Below are positions 28,567-37,592 of a stretch of 64,000 nt of DNA, piece after piece. Under the pieces are notes generated by a model. That model was not told the DNA's origin. It did no database searches and was given only the letters and a program-made list of their open reading frames with translations. Both the position numbers and the translations under genes were made by a program. Positions within the stretch are counted from its first letter, which is position 1. The number at the start of each line of letters is the position of its first letter. Origin of the DNA: a phage; the sequence record PZ476263.1; one strand, written 5' to 3'.

Positions 28567-28764
28567 TTACTCCTCGTGCTCGGGGTCAAGAACGAAGTCC
28601 GCAGAATGATAGTACACACCATAAGTTTCTATCCCTTTCGGAAAAATATGAAGATAGTTGCTCATTAAAATATCTTTACGACCATAATAGGTCAATCCTT
28701 GAGAGATTGCTGTACCTGCCTCATCAGATATGCAAAGATACTTTTTAAATCCTATTTCACTCAT
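28567..28764 (-). CDS. small paralogue array member 5
   Basis: 65 aa; KKYLCISD...GLTYYG...LHIFPKG...VLDPEHEE. Confidence 0.6.
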   Translation of the reverse strand: MSEIGFKKYLCISDEAGTAISQGLTYYGRKDILMSNYLHIFPKGIETYGVYYHSADFVLDPEHEE

Positions 28765-28953
28765 TTAATCTCCTTCCGGATCAGCCGCTAAGCAAGATCC
28801 CTTACAAGGTGCTGACCTGAGCCAACCCTCATCGTTTAAATAGTAAATGATAATAACAGCATCTCCTATACCCTCAGTGCCTTCGTAAGATTCTCCTATT
28901 ATCAACGGGTAGTCTTCCAAAAGGCGATCTTCTTTTATGTAGATATATTTCAT
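28765..28953 (-). CDS. small paralogue array member 4
   Basis: 62 aa; MKYIYIKED...IGESYEG...AADPEGD. Confidence 0.6.
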   Translation of the reverse strand: MKYIYIKEDRLLEDYPLIIGESYEGTEGIGDAVIIIYYLNDEGWLRSAPCKGSCLAADPEGD

Positions 28954-29145
28954 TTATTCATCGCCTTCGGGATCTTCGACAAAATTATCTAACTTTACAG
29001 GCATAGATAAATTATCAGTCACCTTCACTGTGATGTAAATACTTTGAAAAGATTTAAATTTATTCTCTTCCCGATAAGTCTCGCCAACTACCAAGAGTTT
29101 AGAGTCCTTATTTTGTATGCATAGATAATTTGTCATTGTTTTCAC
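28954..29145 (-). CDS. small paralogue array member 3
   Basis: 63 aa; NYLCIQN...VGETYRE...VEDPEGDE. Confidence 0.6.
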   Translation of the reverse strand: MKTMTNYLCIQNKDSKLLVVGETYREENKFKSFQSIYITVKVTDNLSMPVKLDNFVEDPEGDE

Positions 29146-29345
29146 CTGTATTCAGGGTCTTCCGTGAAACTCTCCTTATTGAAAAATAGAGTAGTATCTT
29201 CATTTGGGAACGTTATAGGTATGTACTTACCCCGAGGAATACTATCGTTTATAAAGTAAGTCATACCTAATTGAAGTTTAGTGCTGTGTATGTTACTTAT
29301 ACATATAACCCCGACAAATCTTTCACCCTTCCTCTCCTTCTTCAT
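29142..29345 (-). CDS. small paralogue array member 2
   Basis: 67 aa; VGVICISN...LGMTYF...TEDPEYR. Confidence 0.55.
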   Translation of the reverse strand: MKKERKGERFVGVICISNIHSTKLQLGMTYFINDSIPRGKYIPITFPNEDTTLFFNKESFTEDPEYR

Positions 29346-29532
29346 ATATTTCAGGATCCTCTACAAAATCAGATTTCTTAAGCCATAGTTCCAAAGTATC
29401 ACTTACCCTTACGGATATCTGCCCACCAAATATTTTAGATGGTCTTACATAGTAAGTTTCTCCGATTACAAGTTTGTAAGTAGACCTATTGCTAACGCAG
29501 AGAAACTTAACATATTTTTGCTGTATACTCAT
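29323..29532 (-). CDS. small paralogue array member 1
   Basis: 69 aa; KFLCVSN...IGETYY...VEDPEIYEE. Confidence 0.55.
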   Translation of the reverse strand: MSIQQKYVKFLCVSNRSTYKLVIGETYYVRPSKIFGGQISVRVSDTLELWLKKSDFVEDPEIYEEGEEG

Positions 29533-29849
29533 GCAAGGCTTCGAACATACTCAAAGACTTTTTCATAATCTTCACCAAAGGAAACATAACCACTTCCCTT
29601 CGGATTGTCTAAACCATATGAATCGTCTTCAAATTTTTCCAGAATGATCCCGCCAGTGTATTCGATATACATCAAATCTCGTACTTTTGTCCACTTACCT
29701 ATACCAAAGGAAGCGAGATCTTTTTTGCAAATTTTAACATGCATATCTTTCTCTCCAGTATGATAGATATAAACATCCCCACTTTGGAGCTGTTCAACAA
29801 TGACCTCTGGAAAGATACCGCTTTGTGATTTACCGAATACCTTTTTCAT
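29529..29849 (-). CDS. hypothetical protein
   Basis: 106-aa ORF immediately upstream of the array. Confidence 0.5.
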   Translation of the reverse strand: MKKVFGKSQSGIFPEVIVEQLQSGDVYIYHTGEKDMHVKICKKDLASFGIGKWTKVRDLMYIEYTGGIILEKFEDDSYGLDNPKGSGYVSFGEDYEKVFEYVRSLA

Positions 29850-29863
29850 TTTACCCCCAATAA

Positions 29864-30544
29864 TTAGTGATTGAATTTAAAAACTGCCCGTGCAAAACCT
29901 TCTGGTGTTAGTGATCGCAATTGTTTTGTCCGATCAGACTTTCCACCTAAATACCGCCATCCCCAAAAACATCCAATATGTTCAACAGGTTTCTTTTCAG
30001 GCATTATAAACCCATTTCCTGACCAAAGGCAAGTCTTTTTAGTGTAGGCATTCTGTAAAGGCATCTGAGGATGATAAGAACCTTCGTGTGGTTCCAGATA
30101 ACCCCCATACTCATACGGATCAAAGTAATGGTCAGGTTTTCGCCATAGGGTACTCATCTTTCCTACAGGATTCTCCACAAACCAAGGACAATTAAATGTA
30201 TTCGCAATCCGCTCTACCATTTTTGCATTGATGATTGACTCCATCAACTGATCATTAGTCCTCTCATGTTTTGCACCCGCTACCGTTAAGTTTGTGCAAG
30301 AAGGGAAAGAGAAGATGATATCTGGCTTTGGGATACCCGCTTTGGCTGCAAAGGCTTCAAAATTATCATCAATCCAACAATTCACATACTCAATATTTGG
30401 ATGCTCTTTACGCATCTTGTACTGACCGTGATCCGCCGTATCGGCATTGAAGCAATAAACTTTCCAACCTGCCTTTGCATACTCATAGCCCATAAAGCCA
30501 CTACCGTCAAAAAGCGACCAAACCACTTTAAAAATATTAATCAT
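29864..30544 (-). CDS. putative DNA (cytosine-5)-methyltransferase-like protein (short)
   Basis: 226 aa; motif I-like LFDGSGFMG, motif IV-like FSFPSCTNL (PC dipeptide), motif VI-like FVENPVG (ENV); too short for a canonical enzyme with target-recognition domain. Confidence 0.5.
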   Translation of the reverse strand: MINIFKVVWSLFDGSGFMGYEYAKAGWKVYCFNADTADHGQYKMRKEHPNIEYVNCWIDDNFEAFAAKAGIPKPDIIFSFPSCTNLTVAGAKHERTNDQLMESIINAKMVERIANTFNCPWFVENPVGKMSTLWRKPDHYFDPYEYGGYLEPHEGSYHPQMPLQNAYTKKTCLWSGNGFIMPEKKPVEHIGCFWGWRYLGGKSDRTKQLRSLTPEGFARAVFKFNH

Positions 30545-30545
30545 A

Positions 30546-30875
30546 TTATCCTCGGATTGAAAGTTTCGCCAAATAAAATATAACCAGGTACAAGCCGTAT
30601 GCTAACGCAACCGAACTCAGTATTGTAATTGTGACAGGCAAGGCCCATAAAAGAACGATAATCATCATCGTTAAACCGAATGCTCCACCAAAACACTCTA
30701 AAAAAGCTTCACTTCCGAACTTAATGGGGTCCAAAGATTTCTTTATCTTGTCCCTTAGGAAAAGAAAAGACATAATAACAAATATTGCGATCCCCAGCAA
30801 GACCCATTGGGTAACAGAGGTGTTTTGTCGGATAAAATGATACCATGCATCATAAATTACTGTCAAGTTTTCCAT
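30546..30875 (-). CDS. membrane protein
   Basis: 109 aa, three hydrophobic segments. Confidence 0.5.
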   Translation of the reverse strand: MENLTVIYDAWYHFIRQNTSVTQWVLLGIAIFVIMSFLFLRDKIKKSLDPIKFGSEAFLECFGGAFGLTMMIIVLLWALPVTITILSSVALAYGLYLVIFYLAKLSIRG

Positions 30876-31240
30876 TAGGTCCTCACTGATAGTTTAACAA
30901 GGATTTCAATAATTTTTACAAGTACAAAGATTAAGACTGCAAAAATAGACACAAAAATAATCAAAGGTAAAAGGTATATTGTCCCTGTGATCAATGCTGA
31001 AATAAGTAAGGAAAAGAAAATCTCCGGTACACCATCCCAACACCACAGTTGCTTACTCTTTTTGTATTGATACCTTAAAATACCAAATAAAGATACAATT
31101 GAAAAAGATATGAAAATGATAAATGGTGTTTCCTTCGAGATCAAGAAACTTATTACATCATTAAACCAAAATATTACGACTCTCTGTGCGAATTCAATCA
31201 TTTCTTTTTCCTCTCTTTCTTCTCTGGTTTTACATCGCAA
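30875..31240 (-). CDS. membrane protein
   Basis: 121 aa, several hydrophobic segments; ATGA overlap with downstream gene. Confidence 0.5.
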   Translation of the reverse strand: MRCKTREEREEKEMIEFAQRVVIFWFNDVISFLISKETPFIIFISFSIVSLFGILRYQYKKSKQLWCWDGVPEIFFSLLISALITGTIYLLPLIIFVSIFAVLIFVLVKIIEILVKLSVRT

Positions 31241-31407
31241 ATTTTGGCTTCATATGCAATTGGTGTTACATAGCGCCAAGTCTTTTTGTAATGGTCGAGG
31301 AGTTCTCTCATATTCTCCTCGTCCTTTGCCCAACCACAAACGTGAGGTATTTCATCAACAGACATTTGACACTTAATATACCAACGCGTTTCTGTGTTTT
31401 TATTCAT
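31198..31407 (-). CDS. hypothetical protein
   Basis: Likely starts at internal Met (MNKNTETRWY); track ORF extends to 31479. Confidence 0.4.
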   Translation of the reverse strand: MNKNTETRWYIKCQMSVDEIPHVCGWAKDEENMRELLDHYKKTWRYVTPIAYEAKICDVKPEKKERKKK

Positions 31408-31640
31408 GATTTTTTCACCAGTTCGTAAATCTCGAAGTCGGATTTCTTTACACACGCTCGCCAACCTGAAGATAAGCAACGAGCAACAACAAAGTCGTCT
31501 GGTAAAGAGGGTGTATTGTTTTCAACCATCAACACATCGCCTTTGAAAACATTAATTTCTATGCTTGTATTATCCCAACATACGTAAGAATAATTATCAT
31601 TTTTGGCAACTAAGAACATTTTAATATTTTTAATTGTCAT
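31404..31640 (-). CDS. hypothetical protein
   Basis: 78-aa ORF. Confidence 0.45.
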   Translation of the reverse strand: MTIKNIKMFLVAKNDNYSYVCWDNTSIEINVFKGDVLMVENNTPSLPDDFVVARCLSSGWRACVKKSDFEIYELVKKS

Positions 31641-31921
31641 TTTACCAACCCCAATTCATATGCCGAGTATAAATCATTTCCTTCGTACCCGTCAACAATA
31701 ATTTTCACATTTTTATCGCGACGCTCATCAACAACCATTCGAGATCCTGCGCCGGATTTAACAAGGTAGGTGTCCTTATTAACCCTTACCGTTTGTGTTC
31801 TTCTTGCAGAAACAATCTCAACCTGTGTATTTTTAGGAACAAATTTAACAATCTCCACCATAGTACCTTCGGTCCCCATTTCCATAAGGTCATACTTAAT
31901 AGCTTTCATTAATGTAGTCAT
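31637..31921 (-). CDS. hypothetical protein
   Basis: 94-aa ORF. Confidence 0.5.
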   Translation of the reverse strand: MTTLMKAIKYDLMEMGTEGTMVEIVKFVPKNTQVEIVSARRTQTVRVNKDTYLVKSGAGSRMVVDERRDKNVKIIVDGYEGNDLYSAYELGLVK

Positions 31922-32091
31922 TGTGCATTCTCCTCTGAAGGGCCTTCTTTAGCCTTTGCAATTGCGTTAATAGTGATTATATAGCTATCTTGTAAGTTTT
32001 CAAGCTCTTTCTTAGTGTCAAAAGGATACCATCCATCTTTAGACATCTTGGCTATGGTTTCGTAATCATCAAATTTCACATCTGAAGGCAT
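31921..32091 (-). CDS. hypothetical small protein (not in ORF track, <60 aa)
   Basis: 57-aa ORF read from reverse complement; TAATG and ATGA overlaps couple it to both neighbours. Confidence 0.4.
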
Positions 32092-32468
32092 TAGCATAAT
32101 TTTACCTCTTTGTTCAGAAAGTCTTTGGCAATAAGACGGATAATTTCTTCTGCGTTTTCAGAATTTACCACACCATAGTTCTTGAAAGGTAAAATGGTGT
32201 CTTCACAAACTTCTTCGAAGAATTTAAATTCGTCATCACATATTTCAAAATATTCGTCACCATTCTCCAGGCAAGTTAACTTTTTTCCATTTATACACAA
32301 AGCCTCTTCAATAAAATAAACCTCATTGAAAAGTCCAATTTTCGTAGGACAAAACACACCACCATTAGAATTAAGTAAATTTACCATTGGGGTGTTGGAA
32401 CGAGGATTATCCTCGACAAACTCAGAGACACGAGATTCTTTTAATTTGTACCATTTACCTAATTCCAT
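32091..32468 (-). CDS. hypothetical protein
   Basis: 125-aa ORF. Confidence 0.5.
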   Translation of the reverse strand: MELGKWYKLKESRVSEFVEDNPRSNTPMVNLLNSNGGVFCPTKIGLFNEVYFIEEALCINGKKLTCLENGDEYFEICDDEFKFFEEVCEDTILPFKNYGVVNSENAEEIIRLIAKDFLNKEVKLC

Positions 32469-32533
32469 CTTCTTTTCCTCTTTTATTGTGTTGATGAGAT
32501 AAGTATAAGGATATTTTAGGTGGCTGTCAATAG

Positions 32534-32562
32534 AAAAACCACCCCGAAGGGTGGTTTATTTT
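32534..32562. terminator. bidirectional rho-independent terminator downstream of primase-helicase
   Basis: CCACCC-cgaa-GGGTGG hairpin flanked by A-run and T-run. Confidence 0.7.
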
Positions 32563-32570
32563 GAAAAATA

Positions 32571-34613
32571 TCAGAAAGGTGCTTCCTCGTCGAAATCCAC
32601 ATCTTCAACTTCCGGTACGTCTGGAATGTTTGCTGCCGCTTCGACAATATCTTGTTGCTCCCAAATCTCTTCCATAGGTTGTCCAAGTTCTTCCATTACT
32701 TCCTTCATCTCTTGCTTCTGAGCTTCAAGGAAGTTTTCATCCGGATCTGGAATGTCCTCTTCTGTGATATCCGAACGGGTAAGGTCCGAATTACTTTCCG
32801 ACAGAGGCTGGATTTCAGCTGCCTTTGGCTTAAAGTCTGGAGAACGATGATCATCTTCTGGATGTGCTGCATACCATTCCCGAAGAGTCTCATATGGACT
32901 GTCCAAAAAGCCTTCTGGCGGCTCAAGGTAATCACCCGTGTCAATGTCATAGAACACAGGGAATTTACCAGCACGACCGTGTTTACGGTCATCCAGAATA
33001 ACAAACCATGAAGTATTTCGTTGCTTCATAGGTAGTTCTGGATCTTTGTTACGCTCAATACCCCACATGTAATACGTGTTACGCATCATTGCACGACTAC
33101 CAGCAAACTGAGCTGATTGAACTTGACCACCAAACTCGTGTGGCTTACCTGCATCTGGCTTATTGAGGTGGCAGAAGCAATAATAAGTAAAACCAAGTTC
33201 TTTAGCCAGCTTGGAGATCTCATCAGAGAACCGCTCAAGTTCCTGGTTAGCCTCTGACGCACTCATACCCTGAACAAGTCGAGTGATCGGGTCAATAAAG
33301 ATATCTTCACACCCTTCTACGATTACAGCATGGCGGATAGCACCTTTCAGTTCATCCCATACTGCACGACCATAGTTGTTATAGTAAATTACACTATCAC
33401 CAACTTCATCTGTCGCCTTGATCAGCTCTTCCTGCTTAAAGTATCCACGTTGACCTTCAAAAACTTCATTGCCCCAAATGTCACGGTAAGTCCCGTCAGG
33501 TTGCGGAAGCATTACTTTTTCTGCGTTAACGAAGTCTTTATGATATCGCTTACCTGCAATCTTCTTACAGGTGATTTCGTTCTCTTCTTCAAACTTAAAT
33601 ACCGCTGCTTTTGCTTTCTCTACGCCAGTGATATGTTCAACCAGCTGGTTAAGCAATTCACTCTTACCCATTTTTACACCCGCACCAATGAAGTAACCTT
33701 CACCGAGGCGACGGCCCAAAGTAAGTTTTGTCAGTGTAGGCCAAGGGAATTTTTTACCCAGCTTAGGGATTTCATGAGCCTTTTCACGGAATTGTGAATA
33801 AGTTGAAAAACCGTCCGGTACATATTCCTTTGGTTTCATTGCTGCCCAAAACAACTGATCAGCAAGACCTTTGTTATACATGTCACAAGGGTCCATATCT
33901 TCAGGGATATCGACCACCTTCATTTGAGGAATAACAGAGTAAACTGCGGCAACCGCATCTTTACCCTTCATAATTCCTTTTGCTTTTTCTGCTTCAGTTG
34001 CCCGATCCGCATCGAAAGCTACAATAATCTCATCAAACTTACTTAACAGCTTATAGTTGTTCTTTTGTGACAAGTTCTGAACAGCGTTAGAAGTTCCGTT
34101 AGAGATGGAAACAACTGTGAAGTTCGGTTTACGTGTCGCACCATCTTTGGGTTTATACTTTTCACGAAGAACTTGCCAAAGAACGGCAGCATCGTATTCA
34201 CCCTCAGTGATAAAGATCATTCGTTTGGAGGATTTATTAGCACCTTCAAGACCAAACAGATCACAAGCTACCGATTGAAAACCGATAGTTGTAAAATGAC
34301 CTTTCTGCTGTTTTGGGATTGTAAGATCACGCTTCTTAAAACCTACAATCTTCCCATCCAAAGTATACGGAAAGTAATGTGCTTCTGCCGAAAGACCGTC
34401 TTTTGCGGAAAGCTTAGTACGAATACCAAAACGCTCTGCTGTCTTTTCATCGATACCACGCTCAGGGATTGCTTTGAACGGATAAGTCATTACATCTGCA
34501 ACTGTTTCTTCTACTCGCGAAGAACTGCTACCAAAACTACGTTGAACACTGGCCTTTGGATTCTTATGCCCAAATTTGTAACCGCCAAACAAACTTTCTC
34601 CGATGGTACTCAT
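32571..34613 (-). CDS. DNA primase-helicase (T7 gp4-like)
   Basis: 680 aa; TOPRIM-like motifs IFITEGEYDAAV and IIVAFDAD; Walker A GAGVKMGKSEL; acidic C-terminus ending ...DVDFDEEAPF; no N-terminal Cys zinc ribbon visible. Confidence 0.85.
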   Translation of the reverse strand: MSTIGESLFGGYKFGHKNPKASVQRSFGSSSSRVEETVADVMTYPFKAIPERGIDEKTAERFGIRTKLSAKDGLSAEAHYFPYTLDGKIVGFKKRDLTIPKQQKGHFTTIGFQSVACDLFGLEGANKSSKRMIFITEGEYDAAVLWQVLREKYKPKDGATRKPNFTVVSISNGTSNAVQNLSQKNNYKLLSKFDEIIVAFDADRATEAEKAKGIMKGKDAVAAVYSVIPQMKVVDIPEDMDPCDMYNKGLADQLFWAAMKPKEYVPDGFSTYSQFREKAHEIPKLGKKFPWPTLTKLTLGRRLGEGYFIGAGVKMGKSELLNQLVEHITGVEKAKAAVFKFEEENEITCKKIAGKRYHKDFVNAEKVMLPQPDGTYRDIWGNEVFEGQRGYFKQEELIKATDEVGDSVIYYNNYGRAVWDELKGAIRHAVIVEGCEDIFIDPITRLVQGMSASEANQELERFSDEISKLAKELGFTYYCFCHLNKPDAGKPHEFGGQVQSAQFAGSRAMMRNTYYMWGIERNKDPELPMKQRNTSWFVILDDRKHGRAGKFPVFYDIDTGDYLEPPEGFLDSPYETLREWYAAHPEDDHRSPDFKPKAAEIQPLSESNSDLTRSDITEEDIPDPDENFLEAQKQEMKEVMEELGQPMEEIWEQQDIVEAAANIPDVPEVEDVDFDEEAPF

Positions 34614-34770
34614 TCCTTCTCCTTAATCATTGTCGCCAAATAAATTGTGTTGCCATTACTATTTACACCTATAGTTACTGATCCTACAAGATGATAACCA
34701 TGACCATAGCACTTCCCTATGATATTTTCAAGAATCGCTAAATTGGTATAACATAATAATTTAACCTCCA

Positions 34771-35046
34771 TTAAAAACCTCCAGTTTCTTCATTGAATGC
34801 TCGTTCGAGTTGAGCATTACGAACCTGATTTTCAATGTTACGATACACTACAGAGTAAGGAATATCAAGAGCAACTTCTTCACCATCTTCATAAACAGTT
34901 ACCGACCAAATGTCCATATAATCACTTGCGTCCCAGTCACTTGCGGCTTCTTCAATACCTTTGGTAAGGATAACTTCAGCCTCAACAACAACTTCTTTAC
35001 CAATTTCTTCGTTAAACATGGTGAATTCGATATTTACTGTACGCAT
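34771..35046 (-). CDS. hypothetical acidic protein
   Basis: 91-aa ORF. Confidence 0.45.
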   Translation of the reverse strand: MRTVNIEFTMFNEEIGKEVVVEAEVILTKGIEEAASDWDASDYMDIWSVTVYEDGEEVALDIPYSVVYRNIENQVRNAQLERAFNEETGGF

Positions 35047-35080
35047 TTATTGTCTCCTGATATTTTATATTTATTCTATA

Positions 35081-35275
35081 TTACTTTTGAGAAGTGATCT
35101 GATCTTCTCTAACCTGAACCTTAGTTCCGTCTGGCATTTCAACAAGATATGCGTTGCATGTCAAGTATTCTTGTTGGAGAAGAATTTTACCTTCTCCGTT
35201 GTAATCCCATTTTTGACTACCTTGCTCAAAATTAACCGAATCGTTGATCTCGTACTTGAAGGTCGTACTCTTCAC
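35081..35275 (-). CDS. hypothetical protein
   Basis: 64-aa ORF. Confidence 0.4.
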   Translation of the reverse strand: MKSTTFKYEINDSVNFEQGSQKWDYNGEGKILLQQEYLTCNAYLVEMPDGTKVQVREDQITSQK

Positions 35276-35471
35276 TTGTCAATACCTCCCCAATCTTTTC
35301 AAAGTTGTCTTTATTCAGATAAAAGTTCATAGTACCTTTATCTACCGGAAGAATCAACCACATTTCATCTTTTTCACAACCATAGTAATTAATTCCGTAC
35401 CCTAAATCACAGGCCCGATCAAAGTCACCTTGGCCTTTTACAACTTTACAACGGCATTCGTTTCTCATCAT
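35232..35471 (-). CDS. hypothetical protein
   Basis: 79-aa ORF, several Cys. Confidence 0.4.
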   Translation of the reverse strand: MMRNECRCKVVKGQGDFDRACDLGYGINYYGCEKDEMWLILPVDKGTMNFYLNKDNFEKIGEVLTSEEYDLQVRDQRFG

Positions 35472-35737
35472 TTACCTCTCGTATGTGGATGGTCAGGAAC
35501 AACATATTTAGAAATAACCTTCGAGATCTGCGTCCGACATTGTTGTGTGTTACCATATTTCTCTGTTGTTTCCATAATCTCGATGATCAACTTATTATAA
35601 AGATCAGGACGAATACGGGGAACTTTGTCTTCAGTCTTTAAAAGCTCCTCAATCGCATCATAAGCGATGCTTTTCATTTGCTGAGCGTTTCCATGATCAG
35701 CTTCGTCAAACCTTTCCCACAAGCGTTCTGGAGTCAT
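35468..35737 (-). CDS. hypothetical protein
   Basis: 89-aa ORF. Confidence 0.45.
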   Translation of the reverse strand: MTPERLWERFDEADHGNAQQMKSIAYDAIEELLKTEDKVPRIRPDLYNKLIIEIMETTEKYGNTQQCRTQISKVISKYVVPDHPHTRGK

Positions 35738-35967
35738 TAATCGTCACTCCCGATAACCTTTAGACCACCATCCATTTCATAGATGACGTGTTCTTTATTT
35801 TCGATCTCTTCTAATCGAGCAATAACGGCATCAAGAAAATTTTGTTCGTCTTTAATTTGTGCCTTAAGACGCTGTAAATTTTGAGAGCTAATGTCACGCA
35901 AGCTTAAGATCTGTGCCTTGTTCAGTTTTGAAAGGTCTTTGCTGTAATCAACAACTTCTAATTTCAT
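35737..35967 (-). CDS. hypothetical coiled-coil protein
   Basis: 76-aa ORF. Confidence 0.45.
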   Translation of the reverse strand: MKLEVVDYSKDLSKLNKAQILSLRDISSQNLQRLKAQIKDEQNFLDAVIARLEEIENKEHVIYEMDGGLKVIGSDD

Positions 35968-36049
35968 TTGTTATCTCCTGTTCTTAAGTATGTGTGTACT
36001 CTATCATAAGTTTTGAAAGGTGCAAGTGTTAATTACACCTTTCTTAAAA

Positions 36050-37402
36050 TTATTGAAAAATTGTCGGGAACTTTTCCTTATAGAAAGCCACAACATCTTG
36101 ATCAACGATAACATCCTTTACTCGCAAACGCTTAAGTAAGCGAAGACCGCTAGTATCTGTCGCACGAGAAAGCATAACGTAAGCCTGACCAGGTGAGAAT
36201 GTCCCATATCCTAGATCAATGTTAACTTTACCAAGTGTAAGACCCTGTGCTTTGTGTCCGGTGATCGCATATCCCAACTTAAATGGATACTGAATATATT
36301 CACCAATTGACTTATCAACCAAAACTGTTTTCTCTACCATCTTCTTAATGGTCTTCTTAGTCCCATCCGGCATATCAATCTCTACGTCTTCGAGAACATT
36401 TTTCTTTTCAGGGACTTGTGTAATATTGTTCCAAGTGAACGGTGCAATCGGGACCATTTTACCATCGATCTCTACAACAACGAAAGTTTTAGCGATACGT
36501 CGAATAATTCCAACAGTACCATTCACATAATCAGGGGTCTTTTTCTTCTGATCATTGTCATTAACGACAATCATAACCTTAAGACCTTCTTTGAGCATTA
36601 ATTTTTCATTAACAGGACGCTCAGTAAATTCACCTGTGATACGTGCATTGAATTCATGAGGTTCTGCCTTAATTTTAGAAAATTCTTTATTGTTAATCTC
36701 TTCCGCGAGCTTGTTTGTTGTTGTAAGAGTTACAGCACCCTCTAAAGAAGGCCCATAGCATTTACTGTTAAAGTAATTCACCGCATCAGGAATGTTTTTA
36801 CCGATACGAATATTATTGAGATGTTCAGCAAATTCTGGATCTGTTTGGCGATGAACCTTAGGCAAGTAAGCATAAGTCATATCCAAGGATTCCCAAGCCT
36901 CACAACCAAAAGGGATTTCTTTACCGTGAAGTTCACGGAATGTTGGAACTTCTTCTTTTTTAAGGACAGGCTTGATCTGGAAGCCATCACCAAACATGAT
37001 TACCTGCAAGCCACCGAAAGGCTCATTAACTTTACGATGATAACGCAGCTTCATATCGATCTCTTTAAGCTTGTCACTACGTGTCATGCCGATCTCATCG
37101 AATACGATTGCATCCAATGCTTCAGATGCCATAAGCATAGCGGGTTTCTTTGATTTAGCTTTATAATCTTCGCTTGTGGTTACTCCAAAGGTGAGTCCAA
37201 AAGCTTTATGAGTCGTCACACCACGGATATTCAATGAAGCTACGCCAGTTGGTGCGACAAAAAGAAAACTGTCAGCAAAGAATTCACGCAGAGAAGCGAT
37301 CATCATACTTTTACCACTACCACCAGGGCCTGTAACGAAAACATTCTTCCCTGCCATAATCTCTGCCATAGCCGCTTCTGTACCGATAACATAATTACTC
37401 AT
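36050..37402 (-). CDS. Dda/RecD-like superfamily 1 DNA helicase
   Basis: 450 aa; Walker A VTGPGGSGKS, Walker B FDEIGM, plus GDGFQ, TGHKAQGLT and YVMLSRA motifs typical of Dda/RecD/Pif1-type helicases. Confidence 0.85.
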   Translation of the reverse strand: MSNYVIGTEAAMAEIMAGKNVFVTGPGGSGKSMMIASLREFFADSFLFVAPTGVASLNIRGVTTHKAFGLTFGVTTSEDYKAKSKKPAMLMASEALDAIVFDEIGMTRSDKLKEIDMKLRYHRKVNEPFGGLQVIMFGDGFQIKPVLKKEEVPTFRELHGKEIPFGCEAWESLDMTYAYLPKVHRQTDPEFAEHLNNIRIGKNIPDAVNYFNSKCYGPSLEGAVTLTTTNKLAEEINNKEFSKIKAEPHEFNARITGEFTERPVNEKLMLKEGLKVMIVVNDNDQKKKTPDYVNGTVGIIRRIAKTFVVVEIDGKMVPIAPFTWNNITQVPEKKNVLEDVEIDMPDGTKKTIKKMVEKTVLVDKSIGEYIQYPFKLGYAITGHKAQGLTLGKVNIDLGYGTFSPGQAYVMLSRATDTSGLRLLKRLRVKDVIVDQDVVAFYKEKFPTIFQ

Positions 37403-37592
37403 TAATGTATTCTCCTACTTCTTCAGGATAAAGGACGTATGATTTACCATCTTTAAGGCTCTGTGCATAATAACAGAATACACTACCATCGGAAACAACT
37501 TCATCATACTCGATGTCTAAAACTTTAAAAATATCATTTGCTTTTGGATGATCGTCTCGGTCGCTGTAATCAGCCTTTAAAAAGATTTTCAC
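37395..37592 (-). CDS. hypothetical protein (start uncertain)
   Basis: GTG at 37592 overlaps the hydrolase stop (GTGA); track ORF from ATG 37667 would overlap the hydrolase 3' end. Confidence 0.4.
   Translation of the reverse strand: MKIFLKADYSDRDDHPKANDIFKVLDIEYDEVVSDGSVFCYYAQSLKDGKSYVLYPEEVGEYINE

Noticed and set aside
33330-34643. + strand ORFs (33330..33797, 34173..34643) inside the primase-helicase gene
   Set aside because: They are antisense to a 680-aa gene with clear TOPRIM and Walker motifs; shadow ORFs.
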